DNA from: an uncultured Chloroflexia bacterium
GTDB taxonomy: Bacteria; Chloroflexota; Limnocylindria; Limnocylindrales; CSP1-4
Direction: 5' to 3'
Length of the DNA stretch: 64,000 nucleotides
Assembly (NCBI GenBank): GCA_963833225.1
Contig: CAWHXD010000019.1
Span: 224,001 to 288,000 of the forward strand
Part shown: in pieces, positions 39,695 to 49,907 of the stretch
Layout: each line of letters starts with the position of its first letter
Numbering within the stretch: position 1 is the stretch's first letter
Notes under the pieces: generated by a model
Told to the model about the DNA's origin: nothing
Database searches by the model: none
What the model saw: the letters and a program-made list of their open reading frames with translations, nothing else
Position numbers and translations under genes: made by a program

Positions 39695-40740
39695 GACGCA
39701 GGAACCGGGTCCGGCTCGAGGACCGGGTCCGGCTCGAGGACCGGGTCTGGCGCGGGATCCCAGTGCGGCGCCGCGGCAGGCGGCGTGTACCCCGCGACGC
39801 GATCGATCAGCCGCCGGATGCGGAGCCCCTCGAACGGGCCGAGCACGTACAACGGCATCGGCTTGAGCCACACGGCCGACCCCAGTGAGACGGCGTCGGC
39901 GCCCGCCCAGAAATACTCGCGGCAGTCGTCGAAGTCCGCGATCCCGCCGTTGGCGATGATCGGGAGGCGGAACCCGGCGTCCCGCAGCTCCGCCACGACC
40001 CGCAGGCCGATGGGCTTGATGGCCCGGCCGCTCACCGCTCCGTAGCGGTTCTTGAGGTATGGCTCGCCGGTATCGGGATCCAGGCGAAGCCCCTTGACGG
40101 TGTTGATCGCGGTGATCGCGGCGCAGCCATGGGTGGCGGCGAGGTTCGCCTGCCAGCGGTAGTCCTCGTCCGGGCTGACCTTGAGGATGACGGGATGACG
40201 GCTCTTCGGGACGGCGCGGCGGAGCGCCTCCTCGAGGATCGTTCCGAACGGGAAGTTGACGTTGTGGCAGCTCGCGTTGAGCTCGACCGCCGCGATCTCA
40301 CCGGGCTTCGCGCGCTCGTTGCAGGTCTCGATCAGCTGCTCGATCTCGTCGGCGCTGAAGCCGCCCACGGACACGATCCGGTTGAGCTTCGACGTCCGAG
40401 GGAAGTACTCGTCGAAGTAGCGCTCGATGCCGATGTTCGACCAGCCGAACGCGTTGAGCCAGCCTCCGTCGACCCGGTGCAGCGCCCGGCCGTAGAGCCG
40501 CAGCATCTCCGGGAAGTCGCGAAGGGACCAGTCCTCCCGGAGCGTGAAGTGGCCCTCGCGCGGCTGGAGCGTCACGGTCCGGGTCGTCACCGCGCCGAAG
40601 CGCTCCAGCGGCACCCACTGCGCGATCGGCGACAGGCCGTACAGGATGAGCCGGCTCTTGCCGGCTCCGTAGCCCAGGAGGCTGGCGCTGGTCAGCAGCC
40701 GGTTCCGGAGCCGGATCCCGTTGAGGTCGATGGTCGCCAC
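39691..40740 (-). CDS. Dihydroorotate dehydrogenase-like flavoprotein (class 1, divergent)
   Basis: LNAFGWSN, ELNASCHN, LKVSP, AINT, SGRAIKP, NGGI. Confidence 0.75.
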   Translation of the reverse strand: MATIDLNGIRLRNRLLTSASLLGYGAGKSRLILYGLSPIAQWVPLERFGAVTTRTVTLQPREGHFTLREDWSLRDFPEMLRLYGRALHRVDGGWLNAFGWSNIGIERYFDEYFPRTSKLNRIVSVGGFSADEIEQLIETCNERAKPGEIAAVELNASCHNVNFPFGTILEEALRRAVPKSRHPVILKVSPDEDYRWQANLAATHGCAAITAINTVKGLRLDPDTGEPYLKNRYGAVSGRAIKPIGLRVVAELRDAGFRLPIIANGGIADFDDCREYFWAGADAVSLGSAVWLKPMPLYVLGPFEGLRIRRLIDRVAGYTPPAAAPHWDPAPDPVLEPDPVLEPDPVPAS

Positions 40741-41029
40741 GGGCGAAGTATGCCGGTGTTGGCGGTGCAGGCGGCGGCCAGCGGCCACTCGCGGCTGCTC
40801 GGGAGGGATCGCGACGGCTCGGCACGGCCTTCCGCGCGAGCCTTCCGCGCGAGCCCGCGACGGACAGTCAGGGTTTCCGGCCGCAATGGCTCGCGCGGGG
40901 CGCGCAGCGGCCGGGAACGCGACCCAGGGTCACGTTCGGTTGCCGACGCGGCGCCCGAGCGGGGGTTCGGTCCAGGAACCTTGACGGGGAGTCAGGCTTC
41001 TCGAGATCCGCGCTGCTGGTGGCCCCGGC

Positions 41030-42001
41030 TCAGCGCTCCGGTGCGAGCGGTCCCCGGAGGCCGACCCAGTCTGGCAACGGCCGGTAGCCGAGCGCCATGT
41101 TCACCGCCCGCATCGGGGCGTTGTGCTCGTCATTGCCGGTGTCGAGCGCCTCGAGCCCGTGCTCCACGGCCCAGGCGATGGTGGCTCGCTTGAGCGCGGC
41201 GGCGATCCCGCGACCCCGGTACGCGCGCCGGACGGCGGTCATGTCGTGGTAGGCGATGGTCGTGCTCCCGGCCGCGTAGATCAGGCTCGCGTACCCCACG
41301 ACCTCGCCGGAGGCTTCGTCGAGGGCGATGAAGAACGCATCCCGGGGGATCCCGACACGATCCACGTCGCGCGCCGCGAACGCCTCGAGCGTCCCGACGT
41401 CGACCGGATCGTCGTCCGACGGGATGTCGGGGAACGCCTCCAGGGCCGTGGCGTGGACCCCGGGCACGAGGTCGGGGTGCGCCGCGAGGCTCTCGATGCG
41501 AACCCCTGCGGGCGCCCGGACCTCGGGCGGCGTGAGCCCGGCGAGGTCGAGCCGGACCATCTTGGCGCGGTCGGTCTCCGCGAAGCCGCGGTTGGCGAGG
41601 AACCGGTGCCCCGTCTCGTGGACCACCGAGAGCTCGGTGTCGAAGCCGGTCTTGCCGGCGGCCCTGGCCACGTCGCTGATCGTCGCATACAGCGCGGATC
41701 CCGTCCCTCGGTTGCGTGCCTCCGGCAGCACCCAGATCCCAAGCCAGAAGCGGGGGTAGACACGTTCGTGCATCCAGATCCGGCCCGTGCTCGCGGTCCC
41801 GACCGGCGTGCCGTCCGCTGCCTCCGCCAGGAAGTGGCTGATCTCGCCAGGGTAGGTCGCGATCTCCCAGCGCACGTTGTCGAGCGAATCAGTGTTCTCG
41901 GGGTCGACGGCGTTCCGGATCCGGACATAGGCCGCCAGGGATTCGTCATCTTCCGAGTCGATGGGCCGCACGACGGCCGCTCCGGCATCGAGTGATGACA
42001 T
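41030..42001 (-). CDS. Tandem GNAT acetyltransferase
   Basis: VLPEARNRGTGSAL and VRRAYRGRGIAAALK..N..M..VN..LGY. Confidence 0.88.
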   Translation of the reverse strand: MSSLDAGAAVVRPIDSEDDESLAAYVRIRNAVDPENTDSLDNVRWEIATYPGEISHFLAEAADGTPVGTASTGRIWMHERVYPRFWLGIWVLPEARNRGTGSALYATISDVARAAGKTGFDTELSVVHETGHRFLANRGFAETDRAKMVRLDLAGLTPPEVRAPAGVRIESLAAHPDLVPGVHATALEAFPDIPSDDDPVDVGTLEAFAARDVDRVGIPRDAFFIALDEASGEVVGYASLIYAAGSTTIAYHDMTAVRRAYRGRGIAAALKRATIAWAVEHGLEALDTGNDEHNAPMRAVNMALGYRPLPDWVGLRGPLAPER

Positions 42002-42006
42002 GGCGC

Positions 42007-42885
42007 CTACCCCAGCTCCGAGCGCAGCGGGCCGAACACGTCCCGGTGCGCATCCTCGAGACCCTGCGGCCCAAGACCGGCCGGGATCCCGACGATCATC
42101 TCGGTTGCCCCGGCGGCCGCGAGCGCGATGGCCTGGCGACGAGCGCGCACGCGATCGGCTGCATCGGGACCGGTGTGGACCTGGCCCACGATCGCGAACG
42201 TCGTCGGGTCGCGACCCGCCTCGTCCAGCGCCCGCAGGATGGCGTCGCGCTTCTCCCCGAAGTCGGCGGCGTTGCCCGCGTCGAACCCGGTCTGCAGCCA
42301 ACCGGCCGCCCGTTCCGCTGCCAGCCGGATCCCGCGTGGCTTCTGACCGCCGAGGTAGATCGGCGGACCGCCGGGGGTGAGCGGGGCGGGAGCGTTGACC
42401 GCCCCGGCAAGCGGGTAGAAGCGATCCGGGCGGGTGACACCCGGCGCGGCGGCCGCCCCGGGCGAGAACAGCGCCTGGAGCACCTCCACGGCGCTGATCA
42501 GCCGGTCGATCCGCTCGCCGATCGGCGGCAACGGGATCCCGAATGGCTCGTGCTCACCCTCGAACCAGCCGGCGCCGAGGCCAATGAGGAACCGGCCGCC
42601 GGTCGCGTGATCCAGCACGGTCGCCGCCTTGGCCAGCAGCACCGGGTGCCGGAACGTGTTCGACAGGACGCCGTGGCCCACGCGGAGGCCGGGCACGTGG
42701 TGAGCGAGCGTCGCCATCGTTGCGATCGCCTCGAGCGACGGCCCCGGAGCTTCCGGGTTCAGGTCCGTCAGGTGGTCGTTCATCCAGGCGCCGTCCCACC
42801 CGCCGAGCTCCCCGGCCAGCCGCCAGGTGGCGTCGAGCGTCGCCCAGTCGACGCGCTGGGGCGACGTCTTGAACGAGATGTGCAT
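42007..42885 (-). CDS. Luciferase-like monooxygenase (LLM, possibly F420-dependent)
   Basis: [41 protein letters not shown]. Confidence 0.9.
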   Translation of the reverse strand: MHISFKTSPQRVDWATLDATWRLAGELGGWDGAWMNDHLTDLNPEAPGPSLEAIATMATLAHHVPGLRVGHGVLSNTFRHPVLLAKAATVLDHATGGRFLIGLGAGWFEGEHEPFGIPLPPIGERIDRLISAVEVLQALFSPGAAAAPGVTRPDRFYPLAGAVNAPAPLTPGGPPIYLGGQKPRGIRLAAERAAGWLQTGFDAGNAADFGEKRDAILRALDEAGRDPTTFAIVGQVHTGPDAADRVRARRQAIALAAAGATEMIVGIPAGLGPQGLEDAHRDVFGPLRSELG

Positions 42886-42900
42886 CGAGCGGCGTGGCGG

Positions 42901-44660
42901 CTAGCGGTCGTCGCCGGAGCGGGCCGCCAGGGCCCGCCGCAGCGGAGCGCCGGACGTGATCGCACCCTCGGACGCGGACGACACCAGCGCCGCATACTTG
43001 GCCATCACGCCCGACGTGTAGCGCGGCGCGGGCGGGGACCAGCGCGCGCGGCGCTCGGCGAGCACGGCCTCGTCCACCTCGAGGTTGAGCTCGTGCGCGT
43101 CGACATCGACCGTGATCGATGTCGCCCTCCTCGACGAGGGCGATCGGCCCGCCCACGGCGGCCTCGGGGGCCACGTGCCCGAGCATCAGCCCATGCGTGC
43201 CGCCGGAGAAGCGGCCGTCCGTGAGCAGCGCGACGTGCTCGCCCAGCCCCTCGCCCACGAGCGCGCCGGTGACCGCAGAGCATCTCCTGCATGCCGGGGC
43301 CGCCCGACCGGTCCCTCGTAGCGGATGACGACGACGTCGCCCTGGTGACGATCTTCCGCTCGCGGACGGCGGCGAAGCACTCGACCTCGGAGTCGAAGAC
43401 GCGGGCCGGGCCGCGGTGATGGCGTCGCTCGTGGCCGGCCAGCTTCACGATCGACCCCTCCGGCGCCAGGCTGCCCTTGAGGATCGCGTGGCCGCCGCTC
43501 GCCTTGATCGGCGTCTCGATCGGGTGGACCACCTGCTGGCCGGGCGTCTCGACGACGTCGGCGGCGATCTTGCGCGATCGTGCGTCCATCGACGGTCTTC
43601 TGGTCGCCGTGGAGCAGGTCGCGCTTGAGCAGCTCGCGCATGACCAGCGCGACGCCGCCAGCCGTCGTACATGTCGGCCGCCGCGTACCGGCCGCCGGGC
43701 CGCATGTCGGCGATCAGCGGGGTCCGGTCGACGACCGCCGAGAAATCGTCGAGCGTGAAGGGGATGCCGAAGTCGGCGGCGATGGCGGGCAGGTGGAGGG
43801 CGGCGTTGGTGCTGCCGCCGGTGGCCGAGACGGAGGCGATCGCGTTCTCCAGCGACTCGCGGGTGACGATCGGACGACGGCCGGATGTCGTGGTGGACGA
43901 GCGTCATGACCAGCTCGCCCGCCCGTCGCGCCGCCGCCTCCTTCTCGGGCGCCTCGGCCGGGATCCCGTTGAGGCCGGCCGGGGACAGGCCCAGGAACTC
44001 CATCACCGTGGACATCGTGTTGGCCGTGAACTGGCCGCCGCAGGCACCGGCGCCCGGGCAGGCGCCGTTCTCCGCCTCGTACAGCTCGTCGAGCGTGATC
44101 TTGCCCGCCCGGTAGGCGCCGATCGCCTCGAACACCGTCACCACGTCGGCCGGCTTGCCCTTGTAGGTGCCGGGCATGATCGTGCCGTTGTAGAGGACGA
44201 GGCCCGGGATGTCGAGGCGGCCGAGGGCCATGGCGCCGGCCGGGATGGTCTTGTCGCAGCCGACCAGGACGACGAGGCCGTCGAACAGGTGGCCGCGGGC
44301 GACGAGCTCGATCGAGTCGGCGATCACCTCGCGGGACATGAGGCTGGCCTTCATGCCCTCGGTGCCCATCGACACGCCGTCGCTGACGGAGATCGTTCCG
44401 AACTCCATCGGCGTGCCGCCGGCCGCCCGGATCCCCTCCTTGACGAACTCCGCCAGCCGCCGCTGGTTGAGGTTGCAGGGCATCGTCTCGATCCAGGTCG
44501 TCGCGACGCCGATGATCGGCTGGGCCAGGTCCTCGTCGGTGAAGCCGACGGCCTTGAGCATCGCCCGGGCCGCGGCGCGGTCGGGGCCGTCGGTGAGCGC
44601 GTGGCTGTGGCGCTTGCCGGGGTCGGTGGGGCGCGAGTAAGGGAGCGGGCGGTCTGCCAT
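42901..44660 (-). pseudogene. ilvD: Dihydroxy-acid dehydratase with about 7 frameshifts in the 3' half (probably assembly errors)
   Basis: [54 protein letters not shown] spread over all three frames. Confidence 0.9.
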
Positions 44661-44704
44661 GGGATCCTCGGAGGGCGTGACGGCGGGTCTGAATCTGCGC
44701 CCGA

Positions 44705-46390
44705 CTAGGGTACGGCGGGCAGCGCCACCCACGCTTCGACAATCGCGCGCAACGTCTGCAGGGCCACCGCGCCACTGCCCAGCACGGTGTCGTGGAACGC
44801 CCGGATGTCGAACGCGTCCCCGAGCCGCTCCCGGGCCTCGGCGCGCAGGCGGAGCAGCTCCATCTGGCCGGCCTTGTACGAGAGGGCCTGGCCCGGCAGG
44901 ACGATGTAGCGGTCCACCTCGTTGACGACGTTGTTCTCGGCCAGGACGGTGTGATCGACCATGAACTCGATCGCCTGCCGCCGGGTCCAGCCGAGCGCGT
45001 GCATCCCGGTGTCAACGACCAGCCGCGACGCGCGCCAGGCGTCGAACGAGAGGACGCCGATGCGATCCACGTCGCCGGAGTAGAGGCCCATCTCGTCGGC
45101 CAGCCGCTCGACGTACAGACCCCAGCCCTCGAAGAACGCGTTGGGTCCCAGGTGGCGGCGGAACGCCGGCAGGCCCGGCAGCTCCTGGGCGATCGCGATC
45201 TGGAGGTGGTGCCCCGGGATGGCCTCGTGGTAGGCGAGGGCCTCCGCCTCGTACCGGGGACGGGTCTCGGGATGAGCGGTGTTGATGTGGTACTGGCCCG
45301 GACGCGAGCCATCGCCGGCCGGTGACCGGTAGTACGCGATCGTGGAATGCTCCTCCTCGTGCGGTCCCATGCGGACGACCTCGCATCGCGCCTGCGGGAG
45401 CCGCCCGAACCAGTCGGGGATGGCCGCCTCGGCCCGGGCGAGCGAAGCGGCGGCCTTGGCGGCCACCTCGTCGCCGGTGGTGAAGTGCAGCGCCGGATCG
45501 CTCCGGATGGCGGCCGTCGCCTCCAGCCGGCTCTTGCTGCCGAGGACTCGCCCCGCCAGCGTCTCGATCTCGGCGTCGATCCGCTCGATCTCGGCCAGCC
45601 CCACGCGGTGGAGCTCCTCGGGCGCGGTGTCGAGCGAGGTGTGCATCCGCACGAGCCGGCGGTAGGCCGTGTCGCCGCCGGGCAGGTGGCACATGCCCGG
45701 GCGATCGTCGGGGCGGGCCGCGGGCCGGATCTCCTCCGCCAGCACGTCGTGCAGGCGAGCGAACGCCGGGCGGATCTCGTCGCGGATCGCTGCCTCGACG
45801 CCTGGCACCGGGACCATGAGCGGCCACTCGGCGTCCGGTCGCGCCAGCTGGTCCGCCAGGATGTCGATCACCCGGTCGACGGGGGAGCTGCTGGCCACGA
45901 GACCGTCCGCGAGGCTGTGCCGCAGGTTGGCGATGTGGTCGTCCACGAATGGGGCCATCGCGCGCCACCGCTGAAGCAGGGCCTCGCGGTCCGCCGGCGT
46001 CCTCAGTGGCTGGTAGTCGGCGGTGTTGAGCAGCTGGACCGGGATGCCGTCGAGCGCGTCGACGTTCCAGGCCACGACCCCGGTGTCGAGCAGCGTGAGC
46101 TGCTCCTCGATCGATTCCCGGAGCGCGGACCGGGTGATCGCGTCGCCAGCCGTGGTTCCGTCGGCAGCGGCGGAGGCGGCGCGGGTCCCGGGCAGGGCGT
46201 CGAGGCGGGCGAGGAGTCGGGCGAAGCCTGCCCGGGCGGCGCGCCGGCCGTCCGGCGAGCGATCCGGGAGCCGGCCGTCGAACCCTGGCTCGCCGAGCGC
46301 GGTGGCGTGCTGGGGCTCCGTTTCGAGATAGGCCAGCCAGAAGTCGGCGGCCAGCGAGTCAAGGGCGGTGGTGGAGTCGAGGTTCGTCAT
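44705..46390 (-). CDS. DUF885 family protein (putative metallopeptidase-like)
   Basis: [40 protein letters not shown]. Confidence 0.9.
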   Translation of the reverse strand: MTNLDSTTALDSLAADFWLAYLETEPQHATALGEPGFDGRLPDRSPDGRRAARAGFARLLARLDALPGTRAASAAADGTTAGDAITRSALRESIEEQLTLLDTGVVAWNVDALDGIPVQLLNTADYQPLRTPADREALLQRWRAMAPFVDDHIANLRHSLADGLVASSSPVDRVIDILADQLARPDAEWPLMVPVPGVEAAIRDEIRPAFARLHDVLAEEIRPAARPDDRPGMCHLPGGDTAYRRLVRMHTSLDTAPEELHRVGLAEIERIDAEIETLAGRVLGSKSRLEATAAIRSDPALHFTTGDEVAAKAAASLARAEAAIPDWFGRLPQARCEVVRMGPHEEEHSTIAYYRSPAGDGSRPGQYHINTAHPETRPRYEAEALAYHEAIPGHHLQIAIAQELPGLPAFRRHLGPNAFFEGWGLYVERLADEMGLYSGDVDRIGVLSFDAWRASRLVVDTGMHALGWTRRQAIEFMVDHTVLAENNVVNEVDRYIVLPGQALSYKAGQMELLRLRAEARERLGDAFDIRAFHDTVLGSGAVALQTLRAIVEAWVALPAVP

Positions 46391-46430
46391 CAGCGCCCAT
46401 CGTAGTCGCGGCGAGCCGGTGGGCGACGGG

Positions 46431-47612
46431 TCAGCGGAGGCAGGGGCCGAGGTTGACGCCGGCCGTCCGTCCCACCGCCGGCTCGACGAGCTTCCAGACG
46501 GGGGCGGGCGCCAGCGCATAGCCCACCGTCTGGTCGGTCTTCGACTCGGCGAACACCACGCCGCCAACCGATCCGTCGGGGAGGACCAGCGGCCCGCCCG
46601 AGTCCCCGGGCTCGATGGCGGCACGGAGCTCGAGCACGTCACGAGTCACCCGGTCGGTGCCGTAGATGTCACGGCCGGTGGCGGCATAGGCGCCTGACAC
46701 GCCGGCGGCGATCACCGCGAGCGGACCGCCACCCGCGTACCCCAGGGCCGCGCCCTGCGTGCCACGGACGGGCGACTCGAGCGCGAGGTGGAGCACGGGA
46801 CCGTCGACCTGGGGGGCGAGGAGGAGGGCCACGTCGAGGACCGGGTCGAACAGGACGACGGTTGCGTCGGCGACGCCGTTGCCGGTCGAGACGCGGACCG
46901 TGCTGCCGCCGGCGACCACGTGGGCATTGGTGAGGAGGTATCCGGGCGCCACGAGGAACGCGGTGCCAGTGACCTGGCGGTCGCATGCCCGGGTCACGAC
47001 CCGGGCCGTCGCGTCCACGGCCACCCCGGCGATCTTGCGGGCCCGCGGGTCGCTCGGCGTGTCCACGGCCTGGAGCGGGATCGGCTCGAGGCCAACGAAC
47101 ACGTCGGGCAGGCCAGAGTCGTCGAGCGCCTTGGCGATATCCCCGATGACCTCGGTGGGCGCCGGCAGGACCCGGTCCAGGGTCCGGATCGCCACCGATG
47201 TCGAGGCCGTCTGGGCGAGACGCGGGAAGGGGCTCAGGATCATCAGGCCCCCGGCCAGCCAGATGATCAGCACCGCCTGGGCCGCCCCGACGACGCCACC
47301 GGCAAGCCGGTCCATGCCCGAGAGCACGCCCTCGCCAAGTCGGTCGGCCACGGCCCGGCCGATCGCGGAGCCGAGCGCCTCGCCGGCGATCACCGCCAGC
47401 AGGATCGCGCCCAGCACGGCGAGCGCCCTCGGGATGGGCTCCAGGCCCGTGGTCAGGTCGACCAGCCAGGGCGTGAGGTTGAGGATTGCGAACAGGCCGG
47501 CCACGGCTCCACCGATCCCGCCGATCTGCGGCAGCGCGCCGGTCCTGGTGCCGGCCAGGATGGCCAGGAACAGGACCAGGATGGCGATGAGGTCGAGCAG
47601 GTTGAGATCCAC
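46431..47612 (-). CDS. MarP-family membrane serine protease (CvpA-like TM + trypsin domain)
   Basis: 4 TM segments, TNAHVV, DVALL, PGDSGGP. Confidence 0.9.
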   Translation of the reverse strand: MDLNLLDLIAILVLFLAILAGTRTGALPQIGGIGGAVAGLFAILNLTPWLVDLTTGLEPIPRALAVLGAILLAVIAGEALGSAIGRAVADRLGEGVLSGMDRLAGGVVGAAQAVLIIWLAGGLMILSPFPRLAQTASTSVAIRTLDRVLPAPTEVIGDIAKALDDSGLPDVFVGLEPIPLQAVDTPSDPRARKIAGVAVDATARVVTRACDRQVTGTAFLVAPGYLLTNAHVVAGGSTVRVSTGNGVADATVVLFDPVLDVALLLAPQVDGPVLHLALESPVRGTQGAALGYAGGGPLAVIAAGVSGAYAATGRDIYGTDRVTRDVLELRAAIEPGDSGGPLVLPDGSVGGVVFAESKTDQTVGYALAPAPVWKLVEPAVGRTAGVNLGPCLR

Positions 47613-47619
47613 GTGACGG

Positions 47620-48252
47620 TCAGCCCGCGAGCGCGGTCCCGAGGCGCGTGTCGACTCGAGGCTCGTGGGCGGCCTCCCACGCGCTGATCTCGGCCTCCTT
47701 GCCCATCACGTAGCCGATCTCGTCCGTGCCGGCCAGCAGCATCATCTTGTTGAACGCGTCGATCTCGAAGTCCAGCGTCGAGCCGTCCGGGAGCAGGATC
47801 CCCTGTTCGGCGAGGTCGACGCGGATCTCGGCGTCCGGGTCCGCGGCAACCATCTCGAACAACGCCGCGTGGGTCGCCGGGTCCACCACGATGGGCAGCA
47901 CGCCGTTCTTGAGCGCGTTGTTCCGGAAGATGTCCGCGAAGCCGGTCGACAGGATCGCCCCGATGCCCCAGCTGCGGAGGGCCCACGGGGCGTGCTCGCG
48001 GCTGCTCCCGGTCCCGAAGTTGTCACCCACGAGCAGGACCCGGCGGCCCTGCATCTCCGGCCGGTCGAGGATCCAGGGCGGATCCTTCTTCGTGCCGTCC
48101 TCGTTGAACCGGTAGTCGCGGAACAGCGCGTCGGCGAGGCCCTCCTTGTCGGTGACCTTGAGGTAGCGGGCGGGGACGATCTGGTCGGTGTCCACGTTTT
48201 CGGCCTGGAGCGGGATGATCCGGCTCGTGAACGCGCGGATGGGTTCGGCCAT
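47620..48252 (-). CDS. leuD: 3-isopropylmalate dehydratase small subunit
   Basis: NVDTDQI, NFGTGSSREHA, FADIF.NN.LKNG. Confidence 0.96.
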   Translation of the reverse strand: MAEPIRAFTSRIIPLQAENVDTDQIVPARYLKVTDKEGLADALFRDYRFNEDGTKKDPPWILDRPEMQGRRVLLVGDNFGTGSSREHAPWALRSWGIGAILSTGFADIFRNNALKNGVLPIVVDPATHAALFEMVAADPDAEIRVDLAEQGILLPDGSTLDFEIDAFNKMMLLAGTDEIGYVMGKEAEISAWEAAHEPRVDTRLGTALAG

Positions 48253-48255
48253 GGC

Positions 48256-49698
48256 TCAGTACCCCCCGCCGACAGTGACCAGGTCCTCGACGCCAGGCAG
48301 CGTGCGCGGATCGGTGACGACGCCGGTGATCGCCGAGGCGGCCGCGGTCAGCGGGCTGGCGAGGAACGTCCGGCCCCCCTTGCCCTGGCGGCCCTCGAAG
48401 TTGCGGTTGGACGTGCTGACCGCGTACTGCCCGGGTGACAGCTGGTCCCCGTTCATCGCGATGCACATCGAGCAGCCGGCCTCGCGCCACTCGGCGCCGG
48501 CGGCCCGGAAGATCTCGTCGAGGCCCTCGCGCTCGGCCTGGGCCTTCACCTGCTGCGAGCCCGGCACGATCATCACCCGGGTCCCGTCGTGGACCCGGCG
48601 GTCCTTGAGCACGCTCGCGGCCAGGCGGAGATCGCTGATCCGGCTGTTGGTGCAGCTGCCGATGAACACCACGTCGACCGGCTGGCCGGCGATGGGCTGG
48701 CCCGGGGTCAGGCCCATGTATTCGAGCGCGCGCTCGAGGCCGCGACGGGCGCCCGGGTCCTCGGCATCCTCCGGACGCGGGACGCGTGCGGTCACCGGGA
48801 TGCCCATGCCCGGGTTGTTGCCGTAGGTGACCATCGGCTCGAGAGAGGACGCATCGAGCACGATCGACTTGTCGAAGGTTGCTCCGTCGTCCGTTGGCAG
48901 CGTGCGCCATCCGGCCACGGCAGCGTCCCAGGCCGCGCCCTGCGGCGCGTGGCGGCGGCCGCGGATGTACTCGAAGGTCGTGTCGTCGGGCGCGACCAGC
49001 CCGGCCCGCGCCCCGCCCTCGATGCTCATGTTGCAGATCGTCATCCGCTGTTCCATGTTCAGCGCCCGGATCGCCTCGCCCCGGAACTCGAACACGTGCC
49101 CGGTGCCACCGCCGATGCCGATCCGGGCGATGAGCGCGAGGATGATGTCCTTGGCGCTGACGCCGGGGCCCAGGGTGCCGTCCACCCGGACCTCGTACGT
49201 CTTCGGGCGGCGCTGGAGCAGGGTCTGGGTGGCGAGGACCATCTCGACCTCGCTGGTGCCGATCCCGAACGCGAGCGCCCCGAAGGCGCCGTGGGTCGCG
49301 GTGTGGGAGTCGCCGCACACGATCGTCATCCCCGGCTGGGTGAGGCCCAGCTCGGGGCCGATGACGTGGACGATGCCCTGCGTGTCGCTGCCGAAGGCGT
49401 GGATCGGGATGCCGAAGTCCGCGCAGTTGGTCTCGAGCTGCCGGATCTGCGCCGCGGCCTGCATGTCCACCATCGGCAGGTTGCGCGGGGTCGTCGGCGT
49501 GCCGTGGTCGGCGGTGGCCACCGTCCTGTCCGGCCTGCGGACCACGGCGCCGCGAGTCCGGAGTCCGGTGAACGCCTGGGGGCTGGTCACCTCGTGGACA
49601 AGGTGAAGGTCGACCGCGAGGACGGCCGGAGCGCCCGGGTCCTCGGTGACAACGTGCTCGTCCCAGATCTTCTCGACAAGGGTTCTCGGGTGGGTCAT
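48256..49698 (-). CDS. leuC: 3-isopropylmalate dehydratase large subunit
   Basis: [36 protein letters not shown]. Confidence 0.97.
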   Translation of the reverse strand: MTHPRTLVEKIWDEHVVTEDPGAPAVLAVDLHLVHEVTSPQAFTGLRTRGAVVRRPDRTVATADHGTPTTPRNLPMVDMQAAAQIRQLETNCADFGIPIHAFGSDTQGIVHVIGPELGLTQPGMTIVCGDSHTATHGAFGALAFGIGTSEVEMVLATQTLLQRRPKTYEVRVDGTLGPGVSAKDIILALIARIGIGGGTGHVFEFRGEAIRALNMEQRMTICNMSIEGGARAGLVAPDDTTFEYIRGRRHAPQGAAWDAAVAGWRTLPTDDGATFDKSIVLDASSLEPMVTYGNNPGMGIPVTARVPRPEDAEDPGARRGLERALEYMGLTPGQPIAGQPVDVVFIGSCTNSRISDLRLAASVLKDRRVHDGTRVMIVPGSQQVKAQAEREGLDEIFRAAGAEWREAGCSMCIAMNGDQLSPGQYAVSTSNRNFEGRQGKGGRTFLASPLTAAASAITGVVTDPRTLPGVEDLVTVGGGY

Positions 49699-49907
49699 GA
49701 CGGCGGGCGCTCTGCTGCGGTGAAGGCGGCCACAGGGTACCAGCGGTCCGGCCGATGGCGGTCTCGTGGACCCGGCTTGGTCCGGCCGGTACTTCTGGGG
49801 CGTGGTTCCGGCCGGCACCGTTCGGGTACAAGTCGGATCAGCCAGCCGACGTCGGACCGGCCGCGTCCGGGCGATCGGAACTTGCCGTCGGGCTCCAAGG
49901 AGTCGCT

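Noticed and set aside
39703-39746. 18-bp repeat (also the 24-bp repeat at ~19269-19320)
   Set aside because: In-frame low-complexity coding repeats (EPDPVL, RVELRADQ); no sign of a mobile or regulatory role
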